Position numbers and translations under genes: made by a program | Shown here: in pieces, positions 57,161 to 64,000 of the stretch | How the letters are laid out: each line of letters opens with the position of its first letter | Position numbering within the stretch: position 1 is the first letter of the stretch | Assembly: GCA_964016885.1 (NCBI GenBank) | Contig: OZ024752.1 | Coordinates: forward strand, 9,982,001-10,046,000 | Length of the DNA stretch: 64,000 nt | Origin: Eledone cirrhosa | Lineage: Eukaryota | Reading direction: 5' to 3' | The notes under the pieces: model-generated | The model's input: the letters and a program-made list of their open reading frames with translations, nothing else | What the model was told of the DNA's origin: nothing | The model's database searches: none

Positions 57161-57349
57161 TTAGAACTGGAGGCTATTCTTTAATCATTACTGACACAAA
57201 GTTCAATTTTCAAAACCTATCATAGCTATCCCAGTGTCGTGTCTCTTCCTAAGACTGACATAGACACACGCTTCTATTTCAACATATAAGTGATGTAGTG
57301 TAGACGATATAATGTGATGTAGACGACCAAATAATCAGAGTTTTTTTAC

Positions 57350-57800
57350 AGAAATTCCTTGATGTATTCAATGAGAACCAGCCATGTTCTGTGTCTTGAA
57401 TTTCTCCTACATCTCTATTGCTGGGGAAACCATTGTCCATGCAACAAACCGAAGATCACAACTAGGATCCTATCAATTACATTTCCATTTTCCAAATCAG
57501 TTAGAAGAGTATTGGTTCGATTCTTGCCAACAATTGACAGTTGAAGAATGCGTTTATGTTTATTCATATATTCTTTCTTTTGTATATAGAATACCTAATT
57601 ACATAGGTTCAATCCTTAGGAACAAGATGTTTGACGTCTATACTAATCTTTACATAAAGATACTGAGATATGATTACCACCAACGTAAAGAATCCCATAA
57701 TCTTGATTGGGGCCACACATTACAACAGGCTCTCTTGTCGAAGTCAGATGTCTAGATAATGTCAATGTAGTACACACAATGCAAGTGAAGATGGATATCA
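57350..57800 (-). pseudogene. Possible decayed LINE RT fragment
   Basis: VMCGPNQDYGILY loosely resembles RT motif GVPQGSxLGPxLF; WF..N-like segment downstream. Confidence 0.3.
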
Positions 57801-58149
57801 ACGTACCATTGATAAAGTGTTTGTAGATACAGTAACCACGATGCACATTCAGCTTCATACTCATTATAATTGGAGCTGCAGGTTATATTCCACCACGGCA
57901 AGACCAAAGTATGAATAGACTTAGAATTGTAGAGAAAGAACATAGCTCCTTAGTTAGTAAGCTAGAAATGGCTGCAATATCTTGAATCCTGCGATTAAAC
58001 TGGTGAATGCTTAAAGAAGAGTCGATGACAATCTCCTATTCTTTACAACCTTGCCACCAAGAAGATAGCCGGGCAAAATTTAACTAAAGATTAAGAGAAA
58101 GAAAGAACATACATACTTGCATACATACATATATACATACATACCTAAA

Positions 58150-58797
58150 TAGGAAGACATCCATATACATAATATGAACATACATAATATGAAAGATTAC
58201 TGGTGGAATGTTCGAGTAAAAACCCCAATAAAATGCAGACATAGAAGACCAGATATGATATGGGACAGGGAAAAGAAAGCATGCACAGTAGTGGAAGTTA
58301 GCTGCCCAGCAGATGCCAATATAATATCAAAGATTAGCGAAAAGGAGAATATTTATGCAGAACTGATAAGAGATCTGCAGATACTCCACCCTGATTACAC
58401 CTTCAGATTTATGCCTGTGATTATTGGGGCACTGGGATATGTTAATAACTGCCTCAATACAAATATTGAGAAGCTAGGCTTCACAGGAACAGAGAGAACA
58501 CAACTAGTTCGGAAAGTACAAGTATAATCCATTAATGGAACAGTAAAATATGTAAAATATTCCAAATATGTTGCTTCTAATAACTGCATATACACATGTA
58601 ATGATACAAAGCATATACACATAGACACGTACAACTCAAAACATCCACATCAACACATACAATAACATCCATATCTATACATGCATGCATACATAATCTA
58701 CCTAGTTGATATTGTGTAAATTCCAATGAGAGAGTCTTGTGTCTATGTTAGAAACCGACTCTGGTAAAACTTTGTGAAATTATAAAACCAGAAGAAC
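58150..58797 (+). mobile_element. R4/Dong-clade non-LTR retrotransposon, 5'-truncated (restriction-like endonuclease domain and 3' UTR)
   Basis: ORF 58174-58527 WWNVRVKT..HRRPDM..VVEVSCPADANI..EKENIYAEL..PVIIGALG fits the RLE domain of R4/Dong. Confidence 0.85.
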
Positions 58798-59164
58798 ATA
58801 CATACAAGTATATATATATACATCCACATATACATACATATGTTCTAACATATCAACATACATTCTAACATATCCACATACATATATTTATATGACTTCA
58901 AAATCTGGTATAATGTACTATTTATAGAATACTTCCGATACATGGATATCGTAAGCTTCTATATTAACTGTGCTATTGAATTTTTCCCTCCCAGTGTGTG
59001 AAACACTGAAGTTGAAGGAAAACTTGTATAGCACGGTTTCACTTAATAAAGATAAACAGGTCGAACATTTCATATGCAAGCAATGTTGCTGTCAAAACGT
59101 CAAAGATGTACAGATAAGACAAACTTCTTATTGTTGTTTGGGGCAGAAGTCAAAACATTTCTAA

Positions 59165-59760
59165 AACCCCAGATATTTTCTCCTTGTGACGCTAAACTCC
59201 TCCAGTTGCAGACTGCACATTAACATGTGATATCTCTCACCACAAAGTTCGATCACCAACAGCAGAGTTTAAAGCGCAAAGATCAAGTCCAGTCCATAGC
59301 TTGACATAGTCAAGCCATCGTTTTGGCTGCCGGCCTCTTACCAGACAGCCTTCTTTCCAGGAATATATGATACCTTTCGATCACCAGCAGCAGAGTTTAA
59401 AGAACAAAGAGCAAGTCAAGTACATAAGTTGACATTATTAAGCCATTGTTTTGGCTGCCGGCCTCTGCTTCTCTTACCTGCCAACCTTCCTTCCAGGCAG
59501 AACCTACTCACACCACGAGTTGATCTTTTTATATGACCATATAGTTTGAGTACTCTTGACTTGACAATTGATGTAATTAGTCTAATTTTGGTAATGATGA
59601 GCAGCTTACTGATACAGATACGGTCGCTGAGCTGCTTGCTAGACATTAATCTCATGAAGTGGTTCTGGAATGTAGAGAGCTTCTGAAGTGACAGATATCT
59701 GCAGCTATACAAATACAAACATTGCAAAAGCGGCGAGAAAGAAAATATATACAAACGGCC
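59165..59760 (-). mobile_element. RTE (BovB-like) LINE 3' end
   Basis: ORF 59416-59754 LKLYGHIKR..LEGRLAGKRSRGRQPKQW matches the RTE ORF C-terminus; ~120-bp internal tandem duplication. Confidence 0.8.
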
Positions 59761-60045
59761 AACTTGAAAACCACAGCTTCAACAACCGAATCATGTACAC
59801 ACGTTCATATTCATAATTATTGCTGCACAAGTCTATGTTAGTAGCTGTCAAATTAACGACCTCGAAAAGCTAAATGCTTCAAACATAGATCCCAACCAAG
59901 TGCTACACATGTCGTTTTGTTAGAGAACCTTCCAATATGCAACAATCTACCGTTTTATATCAGCGCAACAAAGAAAGAAATATCCATTTCATTGGAAGAA
60001 CTGAAATAATGACATAAAAAAAGGGTAGGATTATAAACCTATAAG

Positions 60046-60180
60046 AATACGCATGCTTCGTTGCTATCATCTCTTCAAGTGCCTCTTGATCTGAACATTA
60101 TATATATATATATATATATATTATATAATGTTCAGATTTGCAGACACTTGAAGAAATAATAGCAGCGAACCATGCGTATT
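60046..60180. repeat. (TA)n-centred imperfect palindrome
   Basis: aatacgcatg..tctgaacattata(TA)n..tataatgttcaga..catgcgtatt. Confidence 0.75.
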
Positions 60181-60369
60181 CCTGTAGCTTTACATTCCCA
60201 CGCTTTCTTATTTAATTATAATATATATATATACACATGTATAAATTAATATGTATATAAAAATATTATATGCATACATGTACATATACATACATATATA
60301 TATATATACAAAACAACACATACACACACACACATATATATACATATATGTACAGACATACAGATACAT

Positions 60370-60412
<43 letters not shown>

Positions 60413-61997
60413 TGTGTGTGTGTGTACGAGAAACATTTCTATCTTGTTTTGTATATTTCTTATAAGCTTCTACTTTACCTTAATATAAGTATTCTGATTA
60501 TAATTACTGTAATTTCTCTATAAAAACATCATCTAAATCATTCCTGTTCCTTCTCTATTCCAACTACTGGTTATTTCTTACTCGCCTTATCTTCATAGAA
60601 AAACCTTAGATTATACTTTTGTAATAATACCTTTATAATTTTTTTTTTTCGGATTCGGTAATCCCCTTGTTTCCCTTTTATTTTCGGCTCGTATTTTTAT
60701 TATATATATTTCATGTTTATGATCATTATACTGTTTATGATCATTATACTGTTTATTATTTATTCTAATGTTCGTAAATGTTGGTCCTAATTACACCAGG
60801 CACAAGAGTATATGTTGAAGCAAAATATCATAGAATGTCACAATGAAGCAAAATGTATTTATTAGTAAAATGCCAAATAAATCTCTTCGCATTCAAGTAG
60901 AGTAACGTCATATGAAGAATTAAGTACGCTTTCGAATCTATAATGGTAAGAAATATATATTAAAAGAATCATTCTCTCCCACTTGACGCCACAAAATCCT
61001 AATAATATACAAACGAAAGGAAAATGTAGATAAAGTTGAAATATATTGTTTCTATGAGTAATTTTTATGTATGAAATAAGGTGGGCAACTTGTAAGTGCC
61101 TACATAGTTTTTCTTTATTTATCCATGCATTTTACTTTTGTTTGATATTATATTTGCTGCTTACTGATTCGGTTCCAAATGGAAAGAAATCTTGGCTTAC
61201 TACCATAATTCTGCAAAGTATTTGTCTTGTAATGTTCTTGTTGATGGTGTTCATGTTTGCTTTGTATTCTTTTTATTATATTTTTCCAGAAACTTTTAGC
61301 GTTTCGGAAAGCATTGCAGCCAAATATTATAATAAAATAGCTATAGTAATAAAGCGCAAAAGAAAATTAACAAATACCTATGAAAACAATAAAGTAGATT
61401 TCCTACATAGTTACTAAACCTTAAAGCAATAACACATGAAACAAAACTAAGTCGATAAAGTTTTGCTCACATTATAATTAATATGTATTGTGAGAACTAG
61501 CAGTAAACTTAAATATCATAATTGTACGATCAACACTGCACATTTTTTCCATATAACCCTCCCCCCTCTTCTACACTCCCTCCCATCTCATGCTGCTGAA
61601 CTATTCTGCTGATCGTAGTATTGTTAATAAAAGAAGTTTTGATAGAATTAATAACGGTTTCTAAGTTTGGCGCAGTGTCACATTACTTTAGGGTGAAGAG
61701 GGGCCACAGTTGATTTAATTGCTCTAATATTTTCCTGTACGAATCTAAGTTACTTCATACCGCATCTTTCAGTGCTATTTTAATACATTAAAAGGCAAAA
61801 TAAACACCCGACTAAGGGAAGTTTTTTATGTTTTGTGCCAAGGATTTTCTTCCTTTATATTTCATTATATATGATAACTGTAATCGACAGAATCAGCAGA
61901 ACACTGGGAAGTGTTTATTTCGGTATTTTCATATACATTGAAATTACATTGAAATATTGCTAGCATTTCCGGCATTACTGAACAATCGTCTGGTATC

Positions 61998-62340
61998 TCA
62001 TCATCATCCTCATCCGGTAGCCTCAGCCGAAATTGCCTCAACAATTGGGTCTGCTGTTCATTGCCGTTGCCAAATCCTGGATTTAAATACCAGCATCACT
62101 GAAGGTGACATCCGGATAGGAGAGGTTGCGCCCTCTGTTAGTACTGACTGCTTGTAGTTTCCAAAGCACTAATGGGGACATAGCTTCATAGGGGGCACGA
62201 TAGCAGTGCCCAGAAAATCTTACACTCCTTTTACGTACAAAGACAGATATGCGTAGGATGCCGTCATATCTCTCTCTCAAAGGCAGATGTCACCAGCTTA
62301 TGTCTGAATGAGTCGAAGTAGGCGAGTGTAGGTGCCATCT
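61998..62340 (-). pseudogene. RTE-clade LINE 3' end
   Basis: ORF 62083-62280 VRFSGHCYR..LVLWK..RGRNLSYPDV; (GAT)n-like tail; homologous to 43533. Confidence 0.75.
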
Positions 62341-63330
62341 TTCAAGTGTTTCTGTCTGTTTGACACATCATCTTCTGTAATATTTTTCCTGGCGCTGTGT
62401 TCTTTGTTCTTGGTAGTTTCGTGTACAGTAATCCACCTTGTTATGCATGTCATCATCTCCAAAACGTCTTTCCCTTCCGCTTCTTTTACTTTCGAAGTTA
62501 TATGTATCTCTATTCTGCTCGTATTAAGTTCTTGGTGGGGTCGTTCTGGTATGGAGTGTAATGTTTTGATTTGTTAAAAAAGAATACGCTTGGCGCTTTT
62601 AATATCTCCAGTTACATTGTACCGTTCTAAGTATTTGTTTTAGATATTCTTTTGAACCCATCATTTCCTTTTATATATATAGGGTGGCCATTGAAAGACT
62701 AAATGATATATAACAAAAATAAATTTTACAAACATTATTTTTTATCCTTTTACTATTTTATTTGTAAATATAAGTAATGTAGTATGTGTGAAAAACATGG
62801 GATGCGGTATAACCTACAACCCCCCTCCCCCGAAAATGAAATAAAGTTTTTCAGTGGCCACTCTGTCTTTAGTATTTTTTGTTATTTCTTAATCCTAGTT
62901 TTGTTGTGTTCTTTCCTATTTCGTTTATGATTGAGGGGTCATTTTTGGTCTTTTATCTTACATTATATCTTTGATATCTTGTATTAATCTTGCTATTCCT
63001 GTTTGTGTAAATCGAAGAGAGTGCCCAGTTGTTTCTTTTGTAATAACAACGCCTGCTGCATATATTGTGTTACTAATGTATCTATCGTGTTTATTAGATC
63101 TGTGATGGCTAAGTTTTCTTATTAATTTTTATTTTTGATAGGTGTATATTTGGCCCACAGAGAGATCTTTTGTTTCGGGTTCTTGGATTATTTCCAGATT
63201 TATCCTATTGTAGTCTTGAATTTCGTTTTTAGAGTTACTTTTCTTACATCTTTCTCGGCATATTTCTTTTCATTTGAATTTTCGGCTCTTGTATTGAATC
63301 GATTTTTGATGGTCAATACTCAGTATGCGT
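62341..63330 (-). pseudogene. Decayed R4/Dong-like ORF, region upstream of RT
   Basis: Minus-strand peptides NTIYAAGVVI, IARLIQDI, MHNKVD and NITEDDVS in the expected order; interrupted by a MITE. Confidence 0.45.
62680..62865. mobile_element. Tc1/mariner-type MITE
   Basis: TIRs tagggtggccattgaaagact and agtttttcagtggccactctg. Confidence 0.7.
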
Positions 63331-63493
63331 TTTGGGGTTTGGGGTGGATGGGTTTGGGTTTAGGGTTTCATGGGTTGCAATTAGGGTTAGGGTTAGGGTT
63401 TGGAGTTTGATGGGCTATGTTGTTTACTGTATCTGTTTTCCATGTGTTGGTCTTATCGTCATGTTTTAAGTTCTAGATCAGTTTATGTTCGTT

Positions 63494-63796
63494 CAGGGCC
63501 GGATTTAATGAGGGGAAATAGGGCAATTGCCCTGGGTTCTCGGCAGTGGGAAGCCCCAGCAGCAGCATCGGCTGTAGAAAATTATTTGTACCCTCAGCAG
63601 GGCCTTTTAGTTTTAGGATGGTTAGAAGTTTTGAATTTCATACTTGTATGTATAACTTTTCAATTCCAATTACTTGCGCCAAGCTAACTTTGATATGTAA
63701 AATTGGTGGTTTGCCCTGTATTCTAATGTTTTGAGTATGTGGGTCCCCAAAAAACCTGAAGTGCTTCTGTTGCACCAAGGTCTAAGTCAAACCCTG
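63494..63796. mobile_element. hAT-like MITE
   Basis: CAGGGCCGGATTTA..TAAGTCAAACCCTG; homologous to 42350-42679; no clear target-site duplication. Confidence 0.6.
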
Positions 63797-64000
63797 TCTT
63801 TTCTTAGCTGTTTTGTGTTCGTTATTTCTGTTTTCGTTATGCATTTGTTCTATTAACTCCTCTATCCCAAGTCTGATATTTTTTCTAATTAAATTTACTA
63901 GATTGATTGGGTTGAGCTTAAATCAGAGTATGAACTGTTTTACTTTTACCAGATTTTAAACGAGTGTGTATAATGTTAAATTTTTGCATTTTGAATATAT

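Noticed and set aside
61067-61417. Hydrophobic 116-aa ORF resembling a membrane protein
   Set aside because: T-rich composition explains the hydrophobicity; no family motif or splice support.

Overview
AT-rich, microsatellite-laden animal DNA. Its repeat content suggests an octopus or other coleoid cephalopod (inference). I cannot support any host protein-coding exon: nearly all long ORFs are translations of (TA)n, (CA)n or (GA)n. The window is a patchwork of mobile-element relics: about 20 copies of one tRNA-headed SINE (one with its 45-bp head amplified nine times), other tRNA SINEs including two V-domain copies, a non-autonomous Helitron, two Tigger/pogo transposase pseudogenes, mariner-, hAT- and piggyBac-type MITEs, and RTE and R4/Dong LINE fragments. 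The main unexplained signal is more than 20 minimal type-I hammerhead ribozyme (HHR) motifs of the Penelope-like-element (PLE) kind, in about ten sequence families (family letters below are my own labels). Many sit in short non-coding foldback cassettes inside (TA)n tracts, with the two arms head-to-head. In each cassette one arm carries an extra ~70-105-nt tail with a shared ACTC...GAGTRC motif. All structures were read by eye and coordinates are approximate to a few bases.
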